Shown here piece after piece: positions 27,749 through 38,226 of a stretch of 64,000 bases of DNA. The DNA lies in NCBI GenBank assembly GCA_947258875.1, contig CAMYKB010000011.1, positions 9,053 to 73,052 on the forward strand. The letters are read 5' to 3'. The stretch's first letter is position 1. Each line of letters starts with the position of its first letter. The stretch is from an uncultured Gammaproteobacteria bacterium. GTDB lineage: Bacteria > Pseudomonadota > Gammaproteobacteria > CAMYKB01. A program made the position numbers and the translations under genes. The notes beneath the pieces are model-generated. The model was not told the origin of the DNA and did no database searches. It saw nothing but the letters and a program-made list of their open reading frames with translations.

Positions 27749-30058
27749 ATGGGCCAGGAATACATGAATCCAAAAAACATAAACTATGACAAGATTATTA
27801 ATCTCAGTCGCCGACGCTTTCTGGTGACTGGCGTAACGGCCGGCGCGGGATTAACGTTGGGAGTCTATCTGGGCGGTTGCAACAAACCTTCGGCCGAAAA
27901 GGCAACCGAGGCTGCTGCTGATAAAATGGCAGCAGCAGCCACGAACGAAGCAGGTCCGGGCTTGGCTGGCGGCGAGGTGGTTACCGACAGCAGCTTCGAG
28001 CCCAATGCCTTCATACGTATCGGCAGCGACAATATGGTAACCGTAGTCTCCAAACACCTGGAGATGGGTCAGGGAACGTATACGGGATTGGCGACCCTGG
28101 TTGCAGAAGAACTCGATGCCAGTTGGGACCAGATACACGTCGAGGGCGCACCTGCTGACGCCAAACGCTACAACAACCTATTCTGGGGCCCAACGCAAGG
28201 CACTGGCGGCAGCACTGCGATGGCCAACTCGTTTGAGCAAATGCGCAAGGCGGGTGCTGCGGCACGCGCAATGTTGGTTGGCGCTGCTGCACAAAAATGG
28301 GATACGCCAGCTGACAGTATCGCTATAAAAGACGGTGTGCTCAGTCACGGCAATCTGCGGGCGACCTTCGGAGAACTGGCCGAACTCGCTGCACATCAGC
28401 CCGTCCCCACAGATGCATTCTTAAAAGACCCGGACGAATTCCGCTTGATAGGCACTGTCTTGCCGCGCAAGGATAGCAAAGAAAAATGTTACGGTAAGGC
28501 CGTTTACACGCAGGACGTAAAGTTACCCGGCATGTTAACCGCGGTGGTCGCCCATGCACCGCGTTTTGGCGGCAAGGTAAAGTCATTTGATGCCACCGAG
28601 GCTAAAGCGTTAAAAGGTGTTGTTGAAGTCGTGCAAATTCCTAATGGCGTCGCGGTGTTGGCGAAAGACACCTGGAGCGCAAAAAAAGGTCGTGACCTGT
28701 TAACTATCGTGTGGGATGAAAGTAGTGCCTTCAAACTCGGCTCTGATGAAATCCTGGCTCAGTACAAGCAGCTTGCAGAGAGCGCAGGGGCAGTAGCGCG
28801 CAAGGATGGCGATGCAGAACAGGCCATGACTCAAGCCGCGCAAACATTCGAAGCGGCATATGAGTTCCCATACCTTGCGCACGCAGCGCTGGAACCAATG
28901 AATTGTGTGGTTAAACTCACGGCAGAAAGTTGCGAAATCTGGAACGGAGAACAACTGCATACCGGAGACCAAATGTCGCTTGCTGCGCTATTTGGCATTC
29001 CACCAGAGAAAGTAATTATCAACATGCTGTATGCGGGTGGTTCGTTCGGGCGGCGCGCCAATCCACATTCGGATTATGTGCTCGAGGCCGCCAGCATTGC
29101 GAAGGCGATCAATGGCAAGGCACCCGTGAAACTTGTGTGGTTGCGCGAAGACGATACCCAGGCCGGTTACTACCGACCCATGTACTATCACAAGATCAAG
29201 GCCGGGCTCGATAAGGACGGCAAACCGGTCAGCTGGCAACACCGCATAGTCGGCCAGTCTATTATTAAGGGCACACCGTTTGAGGGTGGATTAATTAAAG
29301 ACGGAGTGGACGGTACCTCGGTGGAAGGTGTCGCCAATCTGCCCTACTCAGTGCCGAACATCAGCGTAGACTTACATTCTCCGGAGATAGACATACCCGT
29401 GCAGTGGTGGCGCTCAGTGGGCTCAACACATACTGCATTTGCAGTCGAGACCTTCATCGATGAACTCGCTGTGGCCGCGAAGCAGGATCCCGTTGACTAT
29501 CGCATGCGCTTGCTCGATAAACATCCTCGCCATACTACCGTACTTAAACTGGCTGCTGAAAAAGCCGGCTGGGGCTCACCGCTTGCTGCAGGCAAGGGCC
29601 GCGGCATTGCCGTGCACGAATCGTTTAATACCTATGTCGCACAGGTTGCTGAAGTCACTGTCAAAGATGACGGCAGTTATTCGGTGGACCGCGTAGTGGT
29701 CGCAGTGGACTGCGGTATCGCCGTTAATCCCGACATTATTAAAGCGCAAATGGAAGGTGGTATGGGTTTTGGTCTGTCGGCAGTAGTTAGCAGCAAAATC
29801 ACACTAAAAGACGGCAAGGTCGAGCAATCCAACTTTCACGACTACACCGTACTGCGCATGAACCAAATGCCCGAGGTTGAGGTTCATATCGTCAAATCAG
29901 CACAACCACCGAGTGGTGTGGGTGAACCGGCAACACCGGTGATTGCACCGGCAGTTGCCAACGCGCTGTTCAATGTCACGGGCCAACGCTTCTATGTGTT
30001 ACCAATAGTAAACGTGAGCAATACGCAACTCGCTTCGCGACGGAAACACGTCGCATGA
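27749..30058 (+). CDS. molybdopterin-binding large subunit of an aldehyde oxidase / xanthine dehydrogenase-family oxidoreductase (IorB-like), Tat-exported
   Basis: Twin-arginine signal (SRRRFLVTGVTAGAGL). About 750 aa of a/b-hammerhead and Moco-binding domains. The start may be the Met at 27764. Confidence 0.85.
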   Translation: MGQEYMNPKNINYDKIINLSRRRFLVTGVTAGAGLTLGVYLGGCNKPSAEKATEAAADKMAAAATNEAGPGLAGGEVVTDSSFEPNAFIRIGSDNMVTVVSKHLEMGQGTYTGLATLVAEELDASWDQIHVEGAPADAKRYNNLFWGPTQGTGGSTAMANSFEQMRKAGAAARAMLVGAAAQKWDTPADSIAIKDGVLSHGNLRATFGELAELAAHQPVPTDAFLKDPDEFRLIGTVLPRKDSKEKCYGKAVYTQDVKLPGMLTAVVAHAPRFGGKVKSFDATEAKALKGVVEVVQIPNGVAVLAKDTWSAKKGRDLLTIVWDESSAFKLGSDEILAQYKQLAESAGAVARKDGDAEQAMTQAAQTFEAAYEFPYLAHAALEPMNCVVKLTAESCEIWNGEQLHTGDQMSLAALFGIPPEKVIINMLYAGGSFGRRANPHSDYVLEAASIAKAINGKAPVKLVWLREDDTQAGYYRPMYYHKIKAGLDKDGKPVSWQHRIVGQSIIKGTPFEGGLIKDGVDGTSVEGVANLPYSVPNISVDLHSPEIDIPVQWWRSVGSTHTAFAVETFIDELAVAAKQDPVDYRMRLLDKHPRHTTVLKLAAEKAGWGSPLAAGKGRGIAVHESFNTYVAQVAEVTVKDDGSYSVDRVVVAVDCGIAVNPDIIKAQMEGGMGFGLSAVVSSKITLKDGKVEQSNFHDYTVLRMNQMPEVEVHIVKSAQPPSGVGEPATPVIAPAVANALFNVTGQRFYVLPIVNVSNTQLASRRKHVA

Positions 30059-31038
30059 GCATCTATGGGACAGATCGCGAAACCCTGGACACTGCGATTA
30101 CGTGGTTACGCCAGGGCCACGATGTTGCATTGGTTACTGTTGCCAAAACCTGGGGCTCATCACCACGACCCATAGGCTCACTGATGGTGATGCGCCAGGA
30201 CGGCACCCATTTTGGCTCGGTATCGGGTGGCTGTGTGGAAGAAGACTTGGTCGAACGTTACCGCAATGGCGAACTGGATGGTACTTCGGTAACGATGATC
30301 GATTATGGCGTCAATCGCGATGAGGCGAGTCGTTTGGGGCTGCCCTGCGGTGGGCGGCTGGAATTGTTAATCGAAACAATCGAGAATGCCCAGCCACTTG
30401 AGATATTGATAGAAAAAATAAGCTCAGGCGAATTAATTGCACGCCGCGTCTGTCTCAATACCGGCGAGGTTAGTTTACATACGGCATCGGGCAGCGATGA
30501 ATTCAGTTACTGCAATAACACCATCACCAAGTTGTTCGGGCCTGCCTGGCATTTACTGTTAATCGGTGCAGGGCATCTCTCATACTATGTTGCACAAATG
30601 GCCTTAATGCTGGATTACCGCGTAGTGGTTTGCGATCCCCGTGAAAATTACGCCCGAGCCTGGCAGATCGACGGTGCACAACTGGTCACTACCATGCCCG
30701 ATGATGCGGTCAGGGAGCTGGCAGATCACGAGCGCAGCGTTATTGTTACATTAACGCATGACCCGAAACTCGATGATATGGCATTAATGGAAGCCCTCAC
30801 CTCAAATGCCTTTTATGTCGGCGCACTCGGTTCACGACGCAGCAATGACAGCCGCCGTAAACGTTTGGCTGAACTGGGCGTGATGGTACATCAGCTCAAC
30901 CGACTGCACGCCCCGGTGGGGCTACACATCGGTAGCCGCACACCCGCAGAAATCGCCATTTCCATCATGGCCGAAATCACCGCAGCACGTCACGGTAAGG
31001 ACAGCACTGCTACCCACAGGGTGATCGCTGCAGCATGA
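30055..31038 (+). CDS. XdhC/CoxI family molybdoenzyme maturation protein
   Basis: XdhC N-terminal and Rossmann-like C-terminal regions. ATGA overlap with the upstream gene. Confidence 0.8.
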   Translation: MSIYGTDRETLDTAITWLRQGHDVALVTVAKTWGSSPRPIGSLMVMRQDGTHFGSVSGGCVEEDLVERYRNGELDGTSVTMIDYGVNRDEASRLGLPCGGRLELLIETIENAQPLEILIEKISSGELIARRVCLNTGEVSLHTASGSDEFSYCNNTITKLFGPAWHLLLIGAGHLSYYVAQMALMLDYRVVVCDPRENYARAWQIDGAQLVTTMPDDAVRELADHERSVIVTLTHDPKLDDMALMEALTSNAFYVGALGSRRSNDSRRKRLAELGVMVHQLNRLHAPVGLHIGSRTPAEIAISIMAEITAARHGKDSTATHRVIAAA

Positions 31039-31610
31039 ATGCAGGTATTTCAGCTGTGTTGCTGGCAGCAGGCGCAAGTGCCCGCTTCGGCGACAACAAA
31101 CTGCTTTACCCGCTTGGTGGCGGCACACCGATGGCTATAGTTGCCGCACGCAAGCTCATCAGGGCTGTACCTGATTGCATCGCAGTAGTGCGCAAGCTCG
31201 ACATCTTGAGCGAGCTACTCGAAGACGAAGGCTTCTCTGTATTGGTGAACCCACATGCCGAAGACGGCATGGCCGGCAGCGTGATATGCGGCATCAATGC
31301 TGCACCCGACGCCAACGGCTGGATCATTGCCCTTGCCGACATGCCTTTCATTAGCCAACACACTATTAGAATGATCGCCGATTCATTAAATGCTGGCGCC
31401 GCGATCACCGCACCGGTCTACGAGGGAAGGCGTGGACACCCGGTAGGCTTTGCCAACACATTTAAATCGCAGTTACTACAACTCAAAGGCGACCAGGGTG
31501 CACGCGACATACTGGCCACCTACAGCAGCAAGCTCATTACGATCAATGTCGATGATGGTGGCGTGTTACAGGATATTGATCGTCTTGGAGACCTCACGGA
31601 TTATCCCTAG
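31035..31610 (+). CDS. MobA-like nucleotidyltransferase (molybdenum cofactor cytidylyltransferase MocA-like)
   Basis: LLAAGASARFG..KLL N-terminal NTP-transferase motif. Coupled to xdhC by an ATGA overlap. Confidence 0.8.
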   Translation: MNAGISAVLLAAGASARFGDNKLLYPLGGGTPMAIVAARKLIRAVPDCIAVVRKLDILSELLEDEGFSVLVNPHAEDGMAGSVICGINAAPDANGWIIALADMPFISQHTIRMIADSLNAGAAITAPVYEGRRGHPVGFANTFKSQLLQLKGDQGARDILATYSSKLITINVDDGGVLQDIDRLGDLTDYP

Positions 31611-31673
31611 ACTCAACACTAGAAGCAATCTAACACCTGACAGGTCACTCGCAGCACGTGTAAACTGGTCCAC

Positions 31674-32444
31674 ATGGAACTGTTTGATACCCACTGCCAC
31701 CTTGACGTAACAGAATTTGAAGTCGATCGCGATTTAGTGCTCGAACATTCGCGCGCACAAGGCATCAATGAGATTCTAGTACCGGCGATTGACGCGGCTG
31801 GCTGGAACAAGCTTCTCACATTGTGCCAGACAAACGCCGGGCTCTACCCTGCACTGGGACTACACCCTGTATTTATTGACGCTCATCGCGACGAACATCT
31901 GACAGAACTAAAAACCAGACTCGCCCTAACCCGACCAATTGCGGTGGGTGAAATTGGTCTGGATTACTACCTTCCCGACCTGGATAAGTCACGTCAGCTG
32001 AAAATATTCGAGGCGCAGCTCAAACTGGCGCGTGACGCCGATCTGCCTGTCGTACTGCACGTACGCAAGGCACACGATCAGGTGATATCCTCACTACGTC
32101 GAATTCAAGTCAAAGGCGGCATCGTGCACGCCTTTAATGGCAGCGCCCAACAGGCCGATCACTATATTGAAATGGGTTTTAAGCTGGGCTTTGGCGGCAC
32201 AATGACCTATGAGCGCTCCAACAAGATACGTAAGCTCGCGAAACAATTGCCGCTGGAGGTCATCGTACTCGAAACCGATGCGCCGGACATGGTGGTTGCG
32301 CAACACCGCGGCGAACGCAACAGTCCGGAATACCTAATCCACTGTCTGGCCGCGCTATCAGAACTACGCGGGGAACCACCCGAAGCATTAGCCGCGCAAA
32401 CCACACGAAATGCACATGATGTGTTTAAAATAAGCACACATTAA
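31674..32444 (+). CDS. TatD family metal-dependent DNase/hydrolase
   Basis: MELFDTHCHLD opening and conserved His/Asp/Glu positions of TatD. Confidence 0.85.
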   Translation: MELFDTHCHLDVTEFEVDRDLVLEHSRAQGINEILVPAIDAAGWNKLLTLCQTNAGLYPALGLHPVFIDAHRDEHLTELKTRLALTRPIAVGEIGLDYYLPDLDKSRQLKIFEAQLKLARDADLPVVLHVRKAHDQVISSLRRIQVKGGIVHAFNGSAQQADHYIEMGFKLGFGGTMTYERSNKIRKLAKQLPLEVIVLETDAPDMVVAQHRGERNSPEYLIHCLAALSELRGEPPEALAAQTTRNAHDVFKISTH

Positions 32445-32453
32445 TTATTTTCA

Positions 32454-33269
32454 ATGTCAGTAATGTCCAACACAGAATACCAGCAACGCTTCGAAGGCCT
32501 GCAACGTCTCTATGGCAACGAAACCTACGCACTGTTAAATGAGCTGCGCATCTGTGTCGTCGGCATCGGCGGCGTGGGTTCCTGGACGGTTGAGGCCCTG
32601 GCGCGATCAGGTGTCGGCACCATCACACTCATTGACTACGATACGATCGCAATCAGCAATATCAACCGCCAACTCCCCGCGCTGACCGACACCCTGGGCA
32701 AAAAGAAAATTGATGTCATGAGCGAACGCATTTTGCAGATCAATCCCGATTGCCGTATCGACGCCGTTGATGATTTCATCAATATAGAGAACCATGCCGA
32801 TCTACTGTCACGCGGTTATGACTGCGTTATCGACGCAATTGACAGTATCAAATTTAAGGCAGCGATGACTTATTACTGCAAGCGCAACAAAGTCCGCATA
32901 ATTGTTACAGGCGGCGCAGGCGGCCTCACTGACCCCACCATGATCAAGATCGCCGACCTCAGTAAAACCTATAACGACGCACTCGCTGCCAAGGTGCGTT
33001 CACGGCTACGTGGTGATTATGGCTTCAGCACGAACCCAAAACGCTCGTTCGGAATCGATTGTGTATTCTCAAGCCAACAACCCGTTTATCCGAAAGCAGA
33101 CGGTAGCGTCAGTCATCAAAAACCCGGCATCCACGGCGTCTCACTAGATTGCCGTTTCGGATATGGCGCCACCTCCACAGTCACTGCAACTTTTGGCTTC
33201 ATAGCCGCATCAAGGGCGTTGCAGCGCAGCCTTAAAAGAAAATGGACAAATAAAAAAACCGGCAGTTGA
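32454..33269 (+). CDS. tcdA: tRNA threonylcarbamoyladenosine dehydratase (TcdA/CsdL, ThiF/MoeB-like E1 fold)
   Basis: GIGGVGSW nucleotide-binding loop and overall TcdA similarity. Confidence 0.8.
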   Translation: MSVMSNTEYQQRFEGLQRLYGNETYALLNELRICVVGIGGVGSWTVEALARSGVGTITLIDYDTIAISNINRQLPALTDTLGKKKIDVMSERILQINPDCRIDAVDDFINIENHADLLSRGYDCVIDAIDSIKFKAAMTYYCKRNKVRIIVTGGAGGLTDPTMIKIADLSKTYNDALAAKVRSRLRGDYGFSTNPKRSFGIDCVFSSQQPVYPKADGSVSHQKPGIHGVSLDCRFGYGATSTVTATFGFIAASRALQRSLKRKWTNKKTGS

Positions 33270-33478
33270 GCCTACTCCCGTTTCCGCCTGACACACATCA
33301 ATCATTAATTAACCACTCGCTATCCAGTTACCAGCAACACGTGCTACCCCGCGTCTTGTTTTTACAACCCTTTCATTGTAATAATGTGTTTGCGTGATAA
33401 TTAATAATAATACAAATGCGCCAGATGCCAATTTTTTGACGCTCATTAAAATACCATTAAGGTGATTATCACACACTC

Positions 33479-36295
33479 ATGCGCAAGACCTTACCGGTGT
33501 ACCTTATCCTTTGCGGGGGCATCCTTATTTCGCTGGCCAGCTACCTGCTCGTTCGCGACTGGGAACACGCACTGACTCGCGCCGGCTTCGAGCTACTAGC
33601 CAACACACAGGCCTCCGCCATTCAGCATGGACTTGATCACTCTATCGAGGCCGTTACCTCCGTGGCCTCGTTTTTCGCAGCAAGCAAGCATGTAACACGG
33701 GATGAGTTTCGGACCTTTACAACTGAATCACTATTACATCATGGAGAACTTCAAGCCCTCGAATGGGTTCCGCATGTACAGCAGCAGGAACGCGAAGACT
33801 ACGAACAGGCGGCACGCATAGACGGCATTGTTGATTTTCACTTTACCGAACAAGACAAGGATGGAAATATTTCCCCCGCAGCCGAGCGAGACGCGTACTT
33901 CCCAGTATATTATCTTGAGCCTTATAAAGGCAACGAAACCGCCCTAGGCTTTAATCTTGGTTCTAGCCAGATGCGCCTGGAGGCATTATTTAAAGCGCGC
34001 GATTTCGGAAGAACCAGCAGCTCGAAACCTATACAATTGGTACAGGAAACCGGCGAACAATACGGCTTCCTGATTTTACACCCTGCGTACAAAAACCAGC
34101 ACACGAACACCACTACAGTAGATCGGCGCAACAATTTGTTAGGTTTTGCCCTTGGTGTATTCAGGATCAGCGATCTTGTAACACATTCCCTGGAATCTTC
34201 GCCTATTAGAAATATCGGCCTGCTGATATATAACAATCAGGGGGGTGCAAGCAGCACCCTATTACAGGCACACAGTCTAAAGTCCCAAAATCATGGCGCA
34301 ATTGCTACCCTCGTGGATGCTAGAAACAGCAACCCACTGCACTGGGAAACAAAACTTGTGTTGCCCGATCAAGAATGGACGTTGCTCTTCCTCCCTGCAA
34401 CCGAATTTTTTACCGCACACCAACCCTGGCGGGCACGCTCTGTACTATCTGTCGGGTTACTGCTCACACTAGCACTCGTCGCGTATCTCCTCAGGGACAC
34501 ACGCCGCGCGATCAGAACCTCAAAATTGGCAGCCGAGCTTGTCGAATCAAATAAAGAACTGGAGCGTGAAGTCAAGGAAAGAAAGTCGGCAGAAAGCACT
34601 ATGGTTAAACTTTCCAGTGCCCTGGAGCAGACCGCTGACAGTGTTTTCATTACTGACCGCAAGGGCGTAATTGAGTATATCAACCCTGCCTTTGAAAAAA
34701 TTACCGGTTACACGCGCAACGAGAGCATTGGCAAAACGCCTCGCTTTATTGCGTCCGGGAAACACAACACATCATTCTACAAACACTTATGGGAAACAAT
34801 TATTCACGGTAAAGCGTTCGCTGATGTTTTTATTAATCGCAAAAAAAACGGCTCATACTATTATGAAGCAAAAACTATAACTCCCCTTAAAAACAAGGAG
34901 GGGGTCGTGACGCATTTTATTTCCACGGGCAAAGATGTTACTGAGCAAACGCTCGCCCAGGAAAGACTCCAGTTTATGGCACATCATGATGCTTTGACTG
35001 AGCTACCTAATCGTATTTTGTTCCTCGACCGCGCCCAACAGGCCCTAGCTCATGCGCATCGTCATGACCGCGTGGTTGCTATTCTATTTATCGATCTTGA
35101 TCGATTTAAGAATATTAATGACACCCTTGGTCATGAAGTCGGTGACGACATACTGCAGAAACTCGCCAACCGACTTAGCCTAGCGATACGCGAAGGAGAC
35201 ACCGTAGCACGTTTCGGTGGTGATGAATTTGTGATCCTGCTGGACGATATTGCATCCGAAACCAACATCGCCCAAGTTGCCCAGAAAGTTCTGGATGAAC
35301 TGGCCATGCCATTCTTTATCGATACCCAGGAATTTCACATTACCGCAAGCATAGGTATAAGTTTCTTTCCGTCTGATGGCGATGACGCGCAGGCACTTTT
35401 AAAGAATGCAGACACAGCCATGTACCGCGCCAAGGATTTTGGCAAAAATAACTATAAATTCTATTCATACGATATGAGCAGCCGCGCCCTTGAGCGCCTG
35501 ACCATGGAGCATAGCATGCGCCAAGCCCTCAAGAATGATGAATATCAGCTGTATTATCAGGCACAAATCGATATTGATAGCGGGCTCATCACAGGTGTAG
35601 AGGCATTATTACGCTGGAAACATCCCACCATGGGGCTACTCTCTCCAGGCGATTTCATACCATTACTGGAGGAAACTGGTCTTATCGTCCCTGTTGGTGA
35701 ATGGGCGTTAGAAACCGCTTGCAGACAGGCGCGGCGTTGGCACGATAGTGGCAAGAATGAATTACAAATTGCCGTCAATATCTCTGCAAGGCAGTTTAGT
35801 GACAGCGCGCTCGAGCCATCTATACACAGAATCATAAATAACACAGGCATAAAACCGGAAAACCTTGAGCTGGAAATAACTGAGACGGCCCTGGTACAAA
35901 ACACACACGCCACAGTCAAAACACTGGAATCTTTAAACGCAGCAGGCGTGAAGCTCGCAATTGATGACTTTGGCACCGGCTATTCATCATTGAGTTATTT
36001 AAGTCGCTTTGAGATTGACACCCTCAAGATCGACCGAGCCTTCATCCATAATATAGATGATGACGCGGCGCTGGTGTTAGCAATTTTTCGTTTAGCCGAA
36101 AGCCTGTATATTGATGTCATTGCAGAAGGCGTAGAAACAGAACATCAATTGAAATTACTGCGCGAACTGGGTTGTCGTACGGTTCAGGGATACTTGTTCA
36201 GCAAACCGCTCTCCGCTGACAAAATAACTGAGATATTGATACGCGACCGCGAATCTAATCAGCCGTCAAGCAAGTACTTTTCTGGGACAACGTAA
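33479..36295 (+). CDS. CHASE sensor – TM – PAS – GGDEF – EAL signalling protein (c-di-GMP metabolism)
   Basis: N-terminal TM and periplasmic CHASE-like region, a second TM, a PAS domain, GGDEF (RFGGDEF) and an EAL domain (EALLRW..., DDFGTGYSSL). Confidence 0.9.
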   Translation: MRKTLPVYLILCGGILISLASYLLVRDWEHALTRAGFELLANTQASAIQHGLDHSIEAVTSVASFFAASKHVTRDEFRTFTTESLLHHGELQALEWVPHVQQQEREDYEQAARIDGIVDFHFTEQDKDGNISPAAERDAYFPVYYLEPYKGNETALGFNLGSSQMRLEALFKARDFGRTSSSKPIQLVQETGEQYGFLILHPAYKNQHTNTTTVDRRNNLLGFALGVFRISDLVTHSLESSPIRNIGLLIYNNQGGASSTLLQAHSLKSQNHGAIATLVDARNSNPLHWETKLVLPDQEWTLLFLPATEFFTAHQPWRARSVLSVGLLLTLALVAYLLRDTRRAIRTSKLAAELVESNKELEREVKERKSAESTMVKLSSALEQTADSVFITDRKGVIEYINPAFEKITGYTRNESIGKTPRFIASGKHNTSFYKHLWETIIHGKAFADVFINRKKNGSYYYEAKTITPLKNKEGVVTHFISTGKDVTEQTLAQERLQFMAHHDALTELPNRILFLDRAQQALAHAHRHDRVVAILFIDLDRFKNINDTLGHEVGDDILQKLANRLSLAIREGDTVARFGGDEFVILLDDIASETNIAQVAQKVLDELAMPFFIDTQEFHITASIGISFFPSDGDDAQALLKNADTAMYRAKDFGKNNYKFYSYDMSSRALERLTMEHSMRQALKNDEYQLYYQAQIDIDSGLITGVEALLRWKHPTMGLLSPGDFIPLLEETGLIVPVGEWALETACRQARRWHDSGKNELQIAVNISARQFSDSALEPSIHRIINNTGIKPENLELEITETALVQNTHATVKTLESLNAAGVKLAIDDFGTGYSSLSYLSRFEIDTLKIDRAFIHNIDDDAALVLAIFRLAESLYIDVIAEGVETEHQLKLLRELGCRTVQGYLFSKPLSADKITEILIRDRESNQPSSKYFSGTT

Positions 36296-36463
36296 TCCTG
36301 TATAGCTGTCCCATACCTCCGTCACTCTGATCTCAGACGACAATATCACTATAATCGCTTCTTACTATAAGCACTTCCGGCAACTGCCTGGTCTGACTTA
36401 CCCTCGGATAATATTACATTAGAACCGATTAACAATTTATACTCCGTAACTCAATCTCGAGAC

Positions 36464-37453
36464 CTACAGGTATCGCTGACTAACACGCAAGGTAAAATAG
36501 CCTAACGCGATAATTCCAAGGCCCGCGATAATTAACGCCAACGGCCAGCCAAGACTGTCACTAAAATACTCAGCAGTAATCTTAATGATATAAGAGCCAA
36601 GGAATAACGCTGCAAAGATAAGAAATGATTTACTCTTAAGCACAGTACTCAAATAAAACACCAGAAACACCAGACCAGGGAACAACAGCTCCCACAACAT
36701 ATTCTGATTAGATTCCCAACCGCCCAAACTAAAAGCACCACCCAGAAAAGCTAACACCCCAAAGCCATACAAAAATCCGCTCACGGCTTGAAATGAGTTA
36801 TTATGCACGACGTAACCCAACATCATATAGGAGATCCCCGCAAATAATATCGCATATGACAACAAACTTGCTTCATTAAACAAGGGCACCGGACCCAGAA
36901 CATAGTTGATGAGACCAAAATACAGACAAGTCGAAAAAATAATAGCAAATAACAGCAACAGGTCGCGCTTAAATAAACTAAATGAAAGTGCGTACACGGC
37001 CGACATGATCAGAAAAATAATAACCGACATCGACCCATGATGGGATTCAAAACCAAGCTCATCCAGTGTTACGCCTATTCCGAGAGGTAGCAGCAGCGCT
37101 GCTATCAGGAAAAATGCGGAATCGAGCGAGCCGACTTGTTTGATCTGGCTAAACAGTATTGCCGAGAAATAGGCTGCAATACCCAACCCCAGCGTGACCA
37201 GTATGTGCATAAAGGCATTCAGGCCATCCCATTGCTGAGCAATGAAAATCGCAATACCCATAAATACAATACCACCGCCCGCAAAGGACAATACGCTTGA
37301 ATAACGATTACCTACACCTCTCGCCCCCACTACATCTGAATTTTCCTGCGTACCTGCCTTACAGGCTTGCAGCACATCATCACGCGATAACCGGCCCTCA
37401 CTCGTGAGAACCTGGATCGCGTTGAGCAACTCCGCTTTATCCATTGCCATCAC
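36464..37453 (-). CDS. polytopic membrane protein with ~50-aa cytoplasmic N-terminus (possibly DUF2157-like), function unknown
   Basis: 329 aa with about 8 TM helices. It overlaps the upstream gene by 17 nt. AT-rich codon usage. Confidence 0.55.
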   Translation of the reverse strand: MMAMDKAELLNAIQVLTSEGRLSRDDVLQACKAGTQENSDVVGARGVGNRYSSVLSFAGGGIVFMGIAIFIAQQWDGLNAFMHILVTLGLGIAAYFSAILFSQIKQVGSLDSAFFLIAALLLPLGIGVTLDELGFESHHGSMSVIIFLIMSAVYALSFSLFKRDLLLLFAIIFSTCLYFGLINYVLGPVPLFNEASLLSYAILFAGISYMMLGYVVHNNSFQAVSGFLYGFGVLAFLGGAFSLGGWESNQNMLWELLFPGLVFLVFYLSTVLKSKSFLIFAALFLGSYIIKITAEYFSDSLGWPLALIIAGLGIIALGYFTLRVSQRYL

Positions 37454-37970
37454 TCACCAGCCAGCCCAGAAATCTAAAGTTATAGTAGTAACGTTGGTCC
37501 ATACCAAACTCCAAATCCAGCTTTTGTGTGTAGCTATTCTTTTTGATATAACGAGACGAGTAATCTCGGGAGCTAAAAAAGGGAAACAACACCTCACCGC
37601 GTCGACCATAGACTATGGTAAAACCGTCAGGCGATTTCGATGAACTGCTTATACGCAGTCTAGAAGCCTCCTCATAACTGAGCTCCTGACTTTTATTACT
37701 GGATACACTGTGTATGTAAAATCTATCTTCATAGATAATACTCTGATTATATGTTTGTGCGCGCTCGACTTGCTTACGTGTGAGTTTGCCGCCCAGCACT
37801 GAATACTGATATTCGGACGCCGCTTGATTCGAGACGTAGAGGAAATCGTATTTCGGCGGCTCTCCACGCATCATCAGACCCGGGATATAAATCACACTGA
37901 CGATAAACATGATCATTCCGATCGGAATCAACAGGCCCGTGATTAGCAATACCCTTTCTTTCTTATCCAT
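37437..37970 (-). CDS. N-terminally membrane-anchored hypothetical protein (177 aa)
   Basis: A single N-terminal TM helix followed by a Tyr/Ser-rich soluble domain. Translationally overlaps the downstream membrane-protein gene. Confidence 0.5.
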   Translation of the reverse strand: MDKKERVLLITGLLIPIGMIMFIVSVIYIPGLMMRGEPPKYDFLYVSNQAASEYQYSVLGGKLTRKQVERAQTYNQSIIYEDRFYIHSVSSNKSQELSYEEASRLRISSSSKSPDGFTIVYGRRGEVLFPFFSSRDYSSRYIKKNSYTQKLDLEFGMDQRYYYNFRFLGWLVSDGNG

Positions 37971-38226
37971 ACAACATCCCCAGCCGATATGTTCCTGATC
38001 AATCCTTAATGCCTGCTCGATGCGTTGTCACCAGTGGGCAGATAAATTTAACTACCGCCAATCCCGTGCAAAGCCGCGTCGTTACCACTCCTCGTTGCAC
38101 CAACACTATCCATACATTTGCTATTTGAACGACTTATAAATGGACGAAAGACGTTTATATGGCAACTTTTTTCTGATTAGTTGCTCTATAATCACCTATT
38201 GGTACTATATACTGATACTTATTCTT

